Positions 14,273 to 29,084 of a DNA stretch of 64,000 nt are shown here, in pieces. The stretch lies in assembly GCA_964234715.1 (NCBI GenBank), contig OZ174278.1, one strand, 5' to 3'. The notes beneath the pieces are model-generated. The model did not search any database. It was not told where the DNA came from and was given only the letters and a program-made list of their open reading frames with translations. Position 1 is the stretch's first letter. Each line of letters starts with the position of its first letter. The DNA comes from Podarcis melisellensis (Eukaryota). The position numbers and the translations under genes are program-made.

Positions 14273-17200
14273 CCCCATTTGATGTAGGGAGCGGTCATTC
14301 CAATGATAGAACATTGGAATGTCCAGTGGGACATTGGAGATACATGCTGTGTGACTGCCTGGCCCTGAATTCTGGTCCACATAATTGTTTTTAAGATATG
14401 CTGTATTTTTCAAGCATGACTGTCATTTGTAGGTCTCTTTTTTTGCAACAGAGAAGGATTTTATGAACATATATTTTTAATAAAATATGTCCTGTGCAGT
14501 ATTTAGCAGGGCTGATGTCTTTGGCCTGTACTCTATGCTGTTGGCTCCACTTCGTATATTGTGTTATGGTGTCAGTCTTGGCCCATGGTCTTGAGTTGCT
14601 GCTGTATAAATCACAGTTCCCTCAGATACTGAAGCTCTCATGATTCTAGCTCAGTTTTGGATTGTTCAAACCTTTTTTTTTACATCATGCACTTCTTTTC
14701 CTCATATATTGATAATGTGAGTTTGTATTTTGCTTTTCGAAAACTTCATTCAGTGCTATCCATTCCGAGTAATTTACACAAACAAAATGCTTACTGTTTC
14801 TTTGAAACTATGTAGTTCCCATGGATACTGGCATCACAGTTTCTAAACTGCTAAAACTGAAGGAGCTGTACTTGAATTTAAATAGCTACGTCTTAGGTAA
14901 TTCTCTTCTGTTGCATTATATTGTGTTTAGGTAGAGTTTTTTTTTGTGGGGAAAGGACCTTAACCAGTGTTAGAAACTGAGATATGAAAGCTAGGAGCTA
15001 AATGGCACGTTAAACCTAGATTATGGGCGCAACAACGGAATGTCTAGGCACACTTTTTAATAACTAGAATACAAAGACGAAAATGAATGAACTGTAGCTA
15101 AAATATTACGTTCATTTTTCCCGTGGTCTAGTCCTTCCCCTGCCCACTCTCCTAATATTCTTTAAAGGGCCTCTAGAGAGTAGCTTGAAGTGGGGAGGCA
15201 GAAAATGGTCTTCCTTTCCTTCCACTTTTCAGTTTTAATCTGAAATCTTAGGTGCAGTACTGCACCCAGAGCTCAGAAACTGCTTGCACTAATGAAATTC
15301 CCTGTCACAAAATGCACCTAGAACAATGGGTGTTTTGAACACTGACCATAAAAAAGTTTAGAAGAGGTGGGAGTCCATAACAGTAGTGAAGCTCTAGCTG
15401 TGTTGAAGGATGCATGAGGCTAGATATTTAGAGCCCTGTAAAGGAGCAACTTTCATACTTATATTTCATAGCAAGCACTGAAAGTTGCTTTCCTTTCATT
15501 GTGTATACTGATAGCTAGGACAGAAGACCGGTTGCTGAAAGCACATTTATGACTAGAAGCACTTAATCCTAAAACCTGGTGCACCTGCAAATACTTTACA
15601 TTTATTTTTAGATATACTACTGACATTGCAAGGATAATAAATTCACTGTTGAAGCCAACTGTGACATTAGCAAATGTTGTTCACATTCCTTCAAATTATT
15701 CTGTTTGAATTTGAGACTTCTGGAAATAGCAGGAAGGTTTTGAACACAGTCAGTGAGCTAAACAAGAACTTTTCTGTGTCCTAAACTGCTTTGGGGACCC
15801 TCAGATTCCCATTACTTCAAAGTGTATGCTGTTAACAGGTCTTTGCTCATAATTTTATAAGTCAGAAGTCCCATCCTCCTTATAGCACTTAATGCAACTT
15901 GCTCCATGGTTGAATTATGCTCACTTGTGCTCATGTTATAAAATCTTCTTGGTAAGTCTTGAGCTTTGCCTGAGCTATAATTGACCCAACTTTCCGCCCT
16001 GTGTTCTGGATTCCCATCAGGTTGTATTCTGAGGAACATGATTATGGTGAATTGGGCACTCAAAAATAAATGCAGAAGAAAGGGCATTCTTTTTATTTTC
16101 TTAGGGGTTTTGTTTGTTTGTTTGTTGGCTGCCTTCTATGTACTTCCCCCAAACTTGTGCTAGAAGAGTGGTGGTGCTTTGATCTATTTTCTCAGAATTA
16201 AAATGCATGTGCACAAAGAAAATGTTGTGTTTCCCTTCCACCAGATCAGATTGGCTCATCTGTTCCCTACATTAGCACAAGTGTGACTACAACGACTCAC
16301 AGTGCAGTCGTAATCACATCTACTCAGTTGTAAGTCACACTGAATTAAGTGTGATTTTCCCCTCTAGTAAGTTGGTATAGCATTGCAGCCTAAATTTCCT
16401 AGAAACATTTCTCTGGCTAGTTTGCCTTTATTTGTTGGTGATTCACAGCAGTTTTGTTTTAAGAATTGTTTTGGTAAAAAGTTACTTCTGAGGAATTGCA
16501 ACCCTTGGTTGTAAACCGTGTCTCCCAAACAATCACACCATACTTCATCTCCACTTCGAGTAAGTAAAAAGTGTGCTTATTAAGTATCCTTAATAAGAAA
16601 TACATCTGTACACCAATAATACAGCTTTAATCCTTGATTTGTAGTCTAAAGTAATTTCTTTCTGACATGCCAGCTCATGAAAGGAATTCTTTTTGCCATG
16701 AAAAAAGGCCTGCTAAAATACCTCTCCTGGAAAAATTCCAGAAGGATAACCGTGTTTTACTTTGTCTTTAACAAATAAAGCATATTATAAAGCATATATT
16801 AAAAAGAAAAGCATATATTAAAATTCATCATTGTTTAAGTGCCACTGGTCTCTTCAAATTAACCCAGAATGACCACCAGTTTCTCTGTAGTCCTTGCCAT
16901 ATTACCTAAAGTTCCTGCAAGATTTATCAAGACTTGCCAGCATAGGATACAAATAAACTTATGCTAACTTTGGAGCAATGGATGGCACCAACATGTCTCT
17001 ATTAGTGCTACCATTAAAAAATGTTAAAGATGAAAGATAGGTTTGTTTTACTCTTCATTGTGGATAAAATGGCCTAAAAATGTAGGCTTCCTTTCTACTG
17101 AGAAAAAAAATTGTGATATTGCAGTGTTTAATTCTACCCTAAGTGGTTAAGTGAGCTTAGCAACAGTAGTTTTTCTGTATCTGGAGCCTTAGAATGGTGC

Positions 17201-17604
17201 TTCTACATTGTGCTTTCCAATTTTCTTTATAAACGTTTGATTGACTTATTCAAAAAGAAAAATCTAAGAGCCTGGGGGCCCTACTGGCTTGGACTCTGGT
17301 ACATGAGTATCCCCTGTGCTCCTGCTGTGTCCCCTGTCCCCAGTCCTGCCTCTGATTATTGAATAAATAAACCAGTGATAGAAGGAATTGAAAAGAATGG
17401 TGAAGGAAAGATGCATGCATGCACATGTGGGGAGGTGACATGGACATTATTTCTATATGAATACAGTTGGGAGAGAGGATGTTTGCAAAAGTCTATGAAC
17501 AATTAAAATCATTCCTTTGTTTCTAGATTTAAACATATCATTGGAGCACAAAAATATTATTTCTGTAATATTTGATGTACTCTGTTAATTTTGTTTTTTT
17601 TCAG

Positions 17605-17646
17605 GATTGCACAGTATATGAAACAGAGAACAAAATTCTTCATGTG
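17605..17646 (+). CDS. CNKSR2: CNKSR2 coding exon (~exon 5, 42 nt): DCTVYETENKILHV
   Basis: T-rich tract + cAG acceptor, GTG|GTAAGT donor, phase 0/0, in frame with its neighbours. Confidence 0.96.
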
Positions 17647-18390
17647 GTAAGTAGAATTTTTAAAAGAATATATGCTTATAATGAACTCAATTATTTGAGT
17701 GCCAATTCTTATAGGAACAAAAACTGCACCATGCAGGCTGACAAGGGTTGCAGGCCCCCACCCCCAAAAAACAGCTCAGTGAGAATTGTATATGCTTAGT
17801 GACCACAAAGCTGGCTGACTGTTGGAGGAAGAAGAGAAATATAATGGTTTATCCTGAAAAAGGGAATAGCACAGTGCAACATTTTCTTTCAGATCCCTCT
17901 TGTTTCCTTTAATAGTCTTTGATCACTTCAGCATTATCTTGAACATTATCTTTTAAAGTGCAAAAGTAATCAAATAGTCAAATATGGTATGAAGCTTTCT
18001 CTTACAATGAGAGCCATCAGAGCCCTAAAGGGTGTCCTTACTTCCTAACAATAGAGAGACCATTCTTCCCACTCTTTCTGGCTCTTTTTATAAATATTCA
18101 CATTAATCCTCATTAATCCACAGAGTTTCTTGCTTCCCTTTCCTCCTGTTTGTGCATTCTACTCCCCTCTGCTTCATAGAATCATAGATTTGTAGTTCCT
18201 CCTGGTTTCTCTCCAATCTTTGTGTCTTCTATGAAGCAAGGACTCACTTCCTCCTTCTCTTATATTTTGAAAGACAGTGTGTATATGCGTGCTTATAATA
18301 TGCATTAATCTGATTCTGTACTGTGATATGGATTCTGGTAAACTAGTGGCTGTAAATAATGTAAGTATAGCTCTAGTCCCAATTCCTTGT

Positions 18391-18440
18391 CTAACATATA
18401 GTACCTCTAACATAGAGTACCTCTAACATATAGTACCTCT
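18391..18440. repeat. 16-bp unit x3 tandem repeat
   Basis: ctaacata(t/g)agtacct x3. Confidence 0.95.
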
Positions 18441-19352
18441 GCTTGATTGCTGGTAGATAACTTTTCCCCTGAAGCCCCTATGCCACAGCCCATGCTTTTC
18501 AAAAGTGTCCATTGAGAAGGCTGTGTCAAGGTCGGGAGAAAAAAAAATCAAATTTTGTAAGCAGCCTTCTCTTTGTGGAATTTTGGATTTAGCTAGTTGC
18601 TTTAACCTCACAGCAATCCAACAAGGGAGGCAAGGCTGTGCCCAAGGCTACTCTGAACTTGAGAACTGGGTTGATATTTTAACCTGGATTTCCTACATCT
18701 TCTTTAATGGTAGGTGGCTGTGCACTGCACACCCATGAAATAATAAATCAAATGGAACATTTGAGATATAGTATAGTATATATAGAATTTACCAGCATCT
18801 TGTGCATGTCAGTGGAAAACTTCTAATTTGTATTTAAATCAAAAACCTCAATACTCTCCATCATGAGGGTGCTGATAGAGTAGTACAAGAAAAGGAGGTG
18901 TTAAAAAGTGAATGTAAATATTTCTAGATTGCACAGTGCCATTGTAGTCTGAAAATATGTACCTTGTTGTATTCTTAAGAAAAAAACCAAGAACAAAATC
19001 TAAGTCAGGTCCAGACTGTCTGAACAGCCCTTAAACCATTTTTTACATGGCACCACCATGGAAGTAGGGATAAGTGTAGAAATGTTGATGCTATTTGAAT
19101 CCTTTAACCAGTCCTGCTCAGGTAGAAGAATTCGAGGTTTTTTTGATTGTCCTCTAATCATGATCTTTCTAGAATAAGGGACGAGTATGCTTATTCCCCA
19201 AAGAATGATATTCATTGCCACTTAGATAAAATAGGAATTTAATCTGAATATATAATAATGTATTTTAAAGGCCAAACATGATTACTGTCCACTGTGTTAA
19301 TGAGTTTTCATATTCTTGATTGTTAATGGAAAATACACTTTTTTATTTCTAG

Positions 19353-19532
<180 letters not shown>

Positions 19533-19756
19533 TAAGACCTGTATTTGGCATATCTAGTTCTTCTATTTGTAGATGTGATCTTCAGTCAGCTAGTGGAAAT
19601 TGCATATTAATAATTACTGTATAAAATTCTTAAGGAAATATTGAAAAAAATAGTACCAGTTGAAAGCTACCTCTTTTAAGTACTGTATCTCTAGAGGTTG
19701 GTAACCTTGCAAACCTGTGTCCCTCCTTTACGTCCTGAGTCGCATTAATGAGGAGC

Positions 19757-19840
19757 TCACAGTGCAATCCTATACATGTCTACTCAGAAGTTGAGTTCAA
19801 TGGTGCTTACTCCCAGGTAAGTAAGTGTAGGATTGCAGCG
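19757..19840. mobile_element. ~85-bp palindromic MITE (representative of a family with ~7 copies in the window)
   Basis: gtgcaatcctatacat...tactcagaag...gttcaatggtgcttactcccaggtaag...gtaggattgcagc. Relatives at ~11951-12035, 16297-16392, 40698-40790, 50386-50470, 50539-50625 and 56080-56170. Confidence 0.75.
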
Positions 19841-21194
19841 AGAGGCTCTGAATGCAATCAGATATTTAATGAAGTTGCTTCTAGGTTAATGGGTTCAGGT
19901 CTGGGATGTGGATTTCTTGCATCCCATAAAATAAATTTATATGTAGCAGCTGAATGTTCTTAAAGAAAACACTTCCATATTGGTTACATAATGCAGGAAA
20001 AAATCCTGGTTAATTTAGGAAAATGTTTTCCCCCCTGTTATAGCAAGATTTATTGATAATGTTGTTACTTATATGAACTCCTTCGGTATATTTACAATAA
20101 GTTCCTCATATTTGATATGAATGTTTATGCAACAGTTAACAAGGTTGTGGTGGGGCTGAAGAAGTAGTTCTGTTTTCACAAAAAGAAGTCTGATATACCA
20201 GCAGTACTGCAGGATGTGATAAAGCTCAAAGTCTTTATTTTAATGGATACTTTTTATATGTCACCTGAAGCTTTTTAAGACTGGATACTATTTAAATATT
20301 TTCAAAATTTGTTCATCCTGTACTTGGTGCACTCTGCCCTGCCCAAACCTTCCATTCCTACTGTAGTACTATACTGCCGTTCATTCGTAATCTCATACTT
20401 GTCTCAGTGCCACCAGTTCAGGTAAAGACCATTTTCAGTACCATTGTCTGCTGTTTTTTCCATCTCACATATCGTAACTAATGTTGGTTCTTCATGGTTT
20501 CACTGGGATTCATAAACCTTTCCTAATTCAGCTCTCCTTTTATTGTTTTCTTCTTCCAGAAGTGCCCTTTAAGATGTGACCAAAACAATTTTATTTTACT
20601 GTAAATTTTCTATGTTTCAAGCCTCTATGGTTGGTTTTCTGCTGCTTTGTCGGTTTAGATGGCAAGGTTCTCCATGCATGGAGCTGTTTGTTCATTATTT
20701 GTTTACACTGTATATGGTACAGTAAAGTTATGCCTCTTAACAGTACTTCAAGAACAAAAAATGGATGACAGAAACATTGAATGTATCTTCAAATCTTTAA
20801 CTTTTGCCTTTCCCCACTGTATTTTGCAGACAGTAAGCTCTTTAGGGCAGAGCCAAGTGGTATCAATTTCCTGGCAAAACATGTTATTTGGGGATTCTGT
20901 AAAGTATTGAGTTGTAATGGTTCCCTGCTTATGTAAACTATTTTTGACACCTATCATTGAAAAATGTTTCATGAGCTAAATTTGTGTAAGCTACTTAAAT
21001 GTCTGCAATAATGATTGCTATAAAAGTGTGAATGGGTGTCTTCAAACCTTGCTATGATTATCATGGGTATTCAGCAGTTTTGAAGGGTCTTCTAGATTTT
21101 TGTATGTAGGAAAATGTAAGCAGAACAACTGGGTAACCCAATTTCCTATAGAACTTTTGATTTATCTGAAAGTTATTTATCATCTATATAAAAA

Positions 21195-21531
21195 GCAGGG
21201 AACAAGGGCTGCATTTCCATGTAGGGAAACCTTCTTGGGGCCCAGGCCTATGGTGGGCAGAGCAATGGATGTGACTCTTAACTTTTGTTCAGTAGGCTAC
21301 ATTCCAGCCACACAAATGCCACAGGCTTCTGTGCGCATGTACATGCATCTATCCATCATTGCAAGATTATTATCACAGTTCAATAATACAGTCAAGCTAG
21401 GCAACAGCACTCAAGGAAAATGTGATGCACAAATGGTGAGGGTTGCAGTCTGGGGTGAGGTCTGAGGGCAGGATAAAGAAGTTGGGGGGGGGATCCCATT
21501 CATCCTCTGGGCCTGAAATTTCTCACCACTG
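21195..21531. mobile_element. Degenerate hAT-like non-autonomous DNA transposon
   Basis: GC-richer island ending gggcctgaaatttctcaccactg, resembling hAT termini. No clear TSD. Confidence 0.35.
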
Positions 21532-24500
21532 ATCCCCATTTCTTACTGTTGCCAACTGGAAATAATGATAACAACAGAAGATACGGTAAATGAATTACAA
21601 TAATTCATGTTAAAAGAAGGCACAGGAAACAAAGACAAGTAAAACCTCTTCAGCTAAGATATAGGCAATATGATCTCTAGAAGGATGGAAATAAGGAACA
21701 AAGTGAAGTAAATATTTTTTTGCCAACTTTTTATTGTGAGTGGTTTTTAGGAACCAAATGGTTGAACTATAGGCGATAAAAACAAGATAGAAAGGATGGA
21801 AGAGTGGGCAGGAAATGAGCTGGCTGCTTATTTTTTAATGAATGCATTTCAGCTTTTATCCCTTTTATATTTGAGGGCTCTAAGGCTTAATTGCTACTGA
21901 CATTGTTGGGATGTTAGGCATTATTAATTTAGTGCACCATTTGTCATATCAAAGAATATATGTCTTTGGATAGCCTTGCACAATCGCATGCTACTAGGGA
22001 TATACTGTGACCGGTGATAAATGTATGAGGGAGTTGTATACCATGTGCAAAGCCTGAGGTAAGGTATAGCTTGCAGAATTTTAAGACACAGGCAAGAAAA
22101 TAGCTGTAGTGGTTAAGAAGCATCAAGATTCATTCATATGATCAATTTGCAGTTTTTTATCCAGATGGGTTGGTTTGTAGGAGGAGGGTAGACATTTTAC
22201 ATCACTGGTTTAATTACTATCACTGGTGTGTGTTTCTGTAATCTAGATTCTCAAAATATGAATTGGACTTGTTTAACTAACACTTGTTTAACCTGTCAGG
22301 GATCATTATGTCACTTTTGCCTGGATTCAGCATTGAACAGCAACTCTATATTTAGTTTTTGGTGTCAACTGTAGGGCTGGAATCTTGATAGAAAAGAAAA
22401 GTCAGAAGTGCATTTTTATCATTGTGCTGATAAAACCTAATTTGGCATTCCTGAACAACTAAATTCCCAAGTTCGAACAGCAAGACACAAACTTGAACAG
22501 AAAGAGAAAGAGAACAGGATTGACTTGTGGGCACTTTTCAGGGAAGGCAGGGAAATACCAAGTAACCAATCACCACCATTCTTAAACTTCACAGCTAAGT
22601 ACCAATAGAAATACAGTGGCAGGTTTTACAGGTAACACCACTAATATCATATAATCAATTGTATCAGTGGCCATTGAGAAACATATTAGGATTAACCTCT
22701 CTAGAATGCTATGTAACAAATTTTTTACGGCACAGGTTTATGAATGAACCAGACATCATTCTTACTGTACAATCATGATGATTTGTGATCATGATAGTAT
22801 CAAGGTGCTTATATGAATGACACTTTCAATACTGGTTGTGCCTGAAAATATTTTAGGGCAAATGTACTGCTTCATTTCTAATCACTATTTGCCCATAGTT
22901 TCCTGCTGAAATCCTTTCCCCCCACAATTTTTTTTGTTTATTGCTGTTCTGATTTTGTTGTGCTGTAGCACAAGATTGCCCCTTGCCCAGGTGTAGTAAT
23001 ATGGTAACATTGGAAAGCATTGCAAAGCAATTAATAAAGCAGAATGTATATGAACTGTCCAGTATAAATCCACCACTGATACATTAGTATTGCATCAATG
23101 GATGTTGCAGAATATACCTGCATAAAGGGTCATTCTAGAGGGGCCCCAAGTTCCTTTTATCAAATGCATGCAGTGCTATCCTCAGTTGATATATGCATAT
23201 GGATACAGTGGGGGGAATGTAAATAGTCAGAAGCAAATAACATGCAAAATGTACAAACTGTGACAATTATGTTAAAAGTTTAAATATATGTATAATAAAC
23301 ATAGAGACCTTTCGCAAAGCAGTACTGATTATAACATCCAGACATTGCTAAGTTAATTTGCAATTTTTTGGCTGTTTCTAATATGTGATAAGAGAAAGAT
23401 TAGTGTTGGTATAACAATGTTGTTTAGACAAGACAGAGTTGTTCTCAGACTTGTAAACAACATCTGAGTTTAGTAAATCTCAGTTTTTGATCCATACAGT
23501 ATCTAAGAATCCAATCAAAAAGTTCCTTAAACTAAATCACGCATGTTACATATTCTCTTTGTAATGTTACTCAAAAGTTTTTTTTACAGAGAGATTAACT
23601 GGATTATCTCCTATCAGAACATGATAGGTGCCTCAAAATCTTGGGGATTTATATTACTGAAAGATGCACATTAAAACCCCTTATTCACACTCAGAAGGTG
23701 TTCCTGTTTTAAGTATGTCAGAGATAAATACTCTGTTCAAGTATAAACCCTGAACACCACTGTGTAGTATGTGGAACAAGTGTTTGGCAATTGTATTATA
23801 TAGAACAGTTGCCATAGCTTATTTATTTGGTGATACCTTGCCACCTCATGAAGCATCTTCTAGAAGTCTGCTCATGGGGTGCTCCTGCCATTAGAAGCAG
23901 TACAGAAGCTAGGGGCCGCAGGAGTAAAGTGATAGCAGCAAAAAATCTTGCACCATTCCCTACTCCAATGGAAGCCTCTGCTGAATCTGTTTCTTCAATG
24001 GACATAAGGAGTTGCTGTGTTAAACACTAATGAATTTCCAAGCTATTGTCTTTATTTCATTAAATGACTGTTAGAAAAAAGGTTGTCTAAACATAGTTAC
24101 ATCTTATATCCTATTTGTCTGAATAACGCAATTTGTTTTGAAGCTTTTTCTTTTAATATTTAGAAATAAAATAAATCTCTGTGCTTCAAGGAAGATCTTC
24201 TGCAGTACATCCTCCCACCTGTGCCTTTTCTGCTGTGAATGCTTTAGGTGTTCTGTCTCCCTAGAGTGGACTAATTTGCTTGACATTTCTCATCTTTGCA
24301 TATTTATGCCCTTATTATCTTCAGAGTAATGACATAAAATTGTCTGTGGCTATGTACCTGAAAAGGGGTATGTGTTTTATGTCATGACTATGAAAATTGA
24401 GACATGTACTATCTTCAGCTATGTTGAACTAACTTGTTTTGAGTTCTGGATTTTCCTTGCTTTACGTGTACTGTTTCAGAAAACAATCAGCGGCCAAATG

Positions 24501-27154
24501 TCTATTTTTGTTGTTTTTTAAGTAAAAGCAAGAAATTTGTTTTGGGACACAGGCTACTTAAAGGTAATCTAGCAGCTCTTTATTGGTGCTAGTTATAACT
24601 TGATATTTTTACATTAAAGGGATAACAAATTGCTGTTCATTAGTGCTGGTCCCTTGTGCAAAGCAGGCTGACAAGACTCTAAAGCTCTATATAGTTATAA
24701 AGTACTATGGCTCCCCCTGCCCCATTCAAGCCACCAGAGGTCAGACGGTGTACAGATTTGGAGGAAGAATAAAAGAAAAAGGACAAGTTGAAGTAACAGT
24801 ATCAATGTAATACTGCTGGAAAAAGACTCTATTTTCTTGAGTTTAGCATTTGATACAAGTCTGGATCAAAGCTGTAGTAGCACCTAAAATGTACTGCCTG
24901 AAGTGGCCCCTCATTCCCATGTTAAGGCTAGCCCTGCCTTGCCATGGTAATAGAATGCTTTCAGTAATAGTAGCAAAATCAATTTCATCCTGCAGAGAGG
25001 TTTGCCTGTGCTGTAAAATCTGTAAAGGTTCTAGAATGTATATTGCATTTTACTGTCATTTCAATTCCATAAAGAAACCGGTGGTTGGATATGGCATGCT
25101 TGTGTTGTACTCTGAACACAATTTATCCTCTCTGCTCTTCAGTGTCAGTGAAGTTACTCTGTAGGAAATTTACCTTTGTCTTTGATGCTGTTAGTAGATG
25201 GCATAGAAAAATTACATTTACAGCCCATCATCACTTCATGGATTAAAGCTTTCAGGCTCTGTAAGGTCTTGAATATCTTTAAACACAGGGGAAAAAAACA
25301 CAGGGGAGCTATTTCTGTGACTTATTCTGGCTCCTCATTGTAAATGATAAAGGGTAATCTTTCAGATATGTGCTCTGCAATGGAAGTAGAACAGCCATTA
25401 TTCCCCCTCCCCCCATTTTTTTCTGCATACTGCCTTGAGTGTTTCTTGAGAAAGAGAATCACAGGTGAAGGACACTCCTTTTTTTCTTTAGCAAGTGGCG
25501 CACCCAAAATGTCAAGCAAATGAGCAAATTATTTCATCATAAAGACCCAGTTGTAGCCAGGCCAACAAACAGGAAACCATCCAATTCATACACAGTGTCA
25601 AAAAAATGCAGTTCGTCTCCTCAGAGCCTATTCCAAAAACACACTGAAATGCTCAAAGGTGGAAAATGAAATTGAACTCCACATGGGTAATGCTCAATCC
25701 ATATAAAATGTCCCCTCAAAGGAAAAACCCAGCAAATCAAATTCTTCCACATGGACTAGGAGAAGGTAAAAGATTGACTTAATGCCACATTTACGCATCA
25801 ATGTACGCCTGCCGTAGTGCTGAACCATACAGATCATATGGGTTGTTGCAAAAGTGGAAGAGGATCAACTGAAATATGCTTTGGTAGTATCCTGGGACAT
25901 GTAGTCTACATTGTGTGATACAAGATGGAAAGATAGTATGATAGAGGAATTTAGCTTCTCCCAGCAACTATTTAATTCCACTTGACTAGAACATTTTGAA
26001 TGTGATAATCCATAAAGCACCTTAGATGTAGGTTAGTATTCAACCAGTGTTATAACACATATAAACATTCCCTAGGTCATAAAAATATAGCTCATGTGTT
26101 CCATATAGGCCTCAGTTCATGTACTATTGCTAAAACTAGGCATATTTTACTTATCTTTGTGATCTGTAATAATCAGCAGGTATGAATTGGTTATATACAA
26201 ATTCTGTATATAGTTCTTTGCTCAAAATACATTCCTTCCTTTGCAAAATAATACTTTTACTTTATTTGTAGATCTAGTGGGTAAATAGAAGGCTCACAGG
26301 TTCTGCAGTTCTGCAGTTTCGCTGAATTGCTTTTATAGTTTTCAGTTGTTTTTAAATTCTCGACTATATAGTCACTATTTCAGTATCTCAGAATTACAAT
26401 GTACCTTTTAAAATACTGGATTTTAAACAATATGAGTTTATACTATTTAAGTTAATGAGAAATACATGTAGTGATGTTTTGGTCAGCTGAGCTGGTTTCT
26501 AATTATTAATTCAGAAGACTTTGAATTCTAAAAATTTTGGCATCTCAAATCACTTAGAATATTGATAGCATTGTAGTCTCCCCTGTGGACCCCCCCCCCC
26601 CAGATTTTACAGTTCACTATGTAAATCTGTATGCACTATGCATAGGATGTGCTTTGATTCAATACTGCTCTGGTTTTGCCTTTTTCAAGGGATTGTGTTT
26701 AGTGTTTATAATGGAGTGCCTATGGATTTTACTTATAAAATGAACACTTTCTCTGGTTATGTTCATATTATAACCTTACACTTGAGATCAGTGAATATGA
26801 AATTGTTCCCACCTTAAATAGCTCCACTGACATATAGTTCATTTCAGTTTTGCCATGTGGATTGGGATTTTTTCCCCATGTCACTACAATATTTTTGCAG
26901 TGCTATGAAGACACCTCAATCCACATTGCAAACCATTGCATACAAATGAGTTGCACCTAGAGACATCTGCCGCAGCAAATAAAAGGAGTTTACATGTACT
27001 TTCTTCTGATAGAAACACTTGGTATTCCAGTGGCATGTGCTAGTGGTATTACTCAAATGTGTTAGAGAGATGTTAGATGGGTGAGACGTTTATATTGGAT
27101 GGCAGTAGTTTGCAAGAACTTTACAATTTTTTTCCCATGATGTCTTTTTCTTAG

Positions 27155-27262
<108 letters not shown>

Positions 27263-27996
27263 TAAACTTTGGATTATGATTCCCCTTTTGCTTGCGTATG
27301 TGTGTATTAACTGCAAAGGATCAAGAGCATGTTTGGGGAAGGAAGGGGTGCACGTGGGAGAACAGCTTGAAAGAGCTTGGGCCAGAGTTGTGAGAAAGTT
27401 AGCTTCAGTAATGCATATAAACTGGACTTTGTTCTAGGGAGGAAAAAGTATATCACCGTCATACCTTGTCATGAATTAAAGGAAATTTGTCTTAATTCAC
27501 ATAGGATTTTGTGCTGTAGTTTGCTGTGGTGCAGTAAACACATTTCCTATCTAATAATGTGTTGTTGTTTTTTACTGGAAATCAAATAATATTAAAAGCT
27601 GATAAGTTAATATCTCATCTAAGCAGCACACACACTCCTTCATGTCTTCTTTGTTTATAAAAATAGATGTAATGTCACCAGACTCGAACTCATTGTACCA
27701 ACTAATGAGAGTTTGAGAAAGGGTGGTCTCTCTTGCAGACATTCACCTCTACACATATAGTAGCCATTTTCAGACTTATGCTTATTCGTTTGTGTTGTAT
27801 GAGAGGTATTCTCTAGGTTCCTCTAAAGGACAGAAGTCACCTTCTTATGAAGGAAACTCAAACTGTGAAAATATCTGAAAATAGAATTTCCAATGACATT
27901 CTTAAATCAACCATAGAATTCTTCTTCCCATACTCCACCAGAAGTGGAGCTAAACTTCAAGTCACCAATAGTAGTGTTTGTACATTGTTTACTATA

Positions 27997-28222
27997 CAGT
28001 GGTACCTCATGTTAAGAACTTAATTCGTTCTGGAGGTCCGGTTTTAACCTGAAACTGTTCTTAACCTGGAGCACCACTTTAGCTAATAGGGCCTCCCGCT
28101 GCTGCTGCACCGCTGCTGCACGATTTCTGTTCTCATCCTGAAGCAAAGTTCTTAACCCGAGGTACTATTTCTGGGTTAGAGGAGTCTGTAACCTGAAGTG
28201 TCTGTAACCCGAGGTACCACTG
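27997..28222. mobile_element. Tc1/mariner (pogo/Tigger-like) MITE, 226 bp
   Basis: TIR cagtggtacctc / gaggtaccactg flanked by TA on both sides. Internal taacc(t/c)ga repeats. Confidence 0.92.
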
Positions 28223-29084
28223 TAGTTGGAAAGCTCCTGCCACTACAATTTCCCACAGGAAAATACATGAGGGTTTCCAACAGGTGTTCTACTGTAGGTT
28301 AGGAGTGCAGCCCTCCACCAAAATGCTGCAACGCTTTGCATTCCTGGTACTTAATGTGCATGTCAGTAAACTAGTAACACACTCCATCCTGTGTCAGTTT
28401 GGCATGCATGCTCACACAATTGCCTTGCTTCTCTGTAGTAAAAACTTCATTGAAACTGCCTTGATTGAAGTTTCTGTTGGGATGAAAGTCACATCACAGT
28501 GACTAACAAGATCCTCTGATCAGTCCCTTTATCTAATCAACATGACTAATCACAGTGATAGGTCTGAGTTCTTGCAAATTTAGTTGAGGCTATAAGTGAG
28601 TTACTAATGTGCGTGGAGCAGAACAATATGAACAATTACAGCCTTCCATAGTTCTGCTGAAGCAGTTTCCATTGTCAAACTGAATAATCATAATATGGTT
28701 AAACTGAATAATCTCCCGTATGTGTAAACATAATTTATTTGAACTGTGACCGGTATCAATATAATAGTAATACTGTCCATGTATTACTCTCAACATAATT
28801 TGTCACTTAATAAAACATCTGCACAGATATTGATAATACATTTTTAGAACGAGTCCATAGATTGATGCTGTTGGTGGTATTTAATATTTAGTGCTCTTAG
28901 AGCAAAATAATTGAAAAAAAATCCACAATATATAGTACTACTTGCCTTGGTTTATAAATATTAAAAGCATTTATTCCATAAGGGCTAAGTTATATTTGGA
29001 GGAAATGTAAAGTGGTTTCTAGTTTGCCTTAATAGATATCATTACACTGCAGTCTAATTAAATTCAATGTGATTATTCTGCTTA

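Noticed and set aside
16738-16856. Possible third Penelope-like remnant (ccagaaggataaccgtgtt ... taagtgccactggtctctt)
   Set aside because: Only short degenerate matches and no hammerhead core.
24938-24951. RFX X-box-like palindrome cttgccatggtaat in a repeat-poor intronic stretch
   Set aside because: Both terminal bases deviate from the GTTNCCATGGNAAC consensus. Enhancer status cannot be judged without conservation data.
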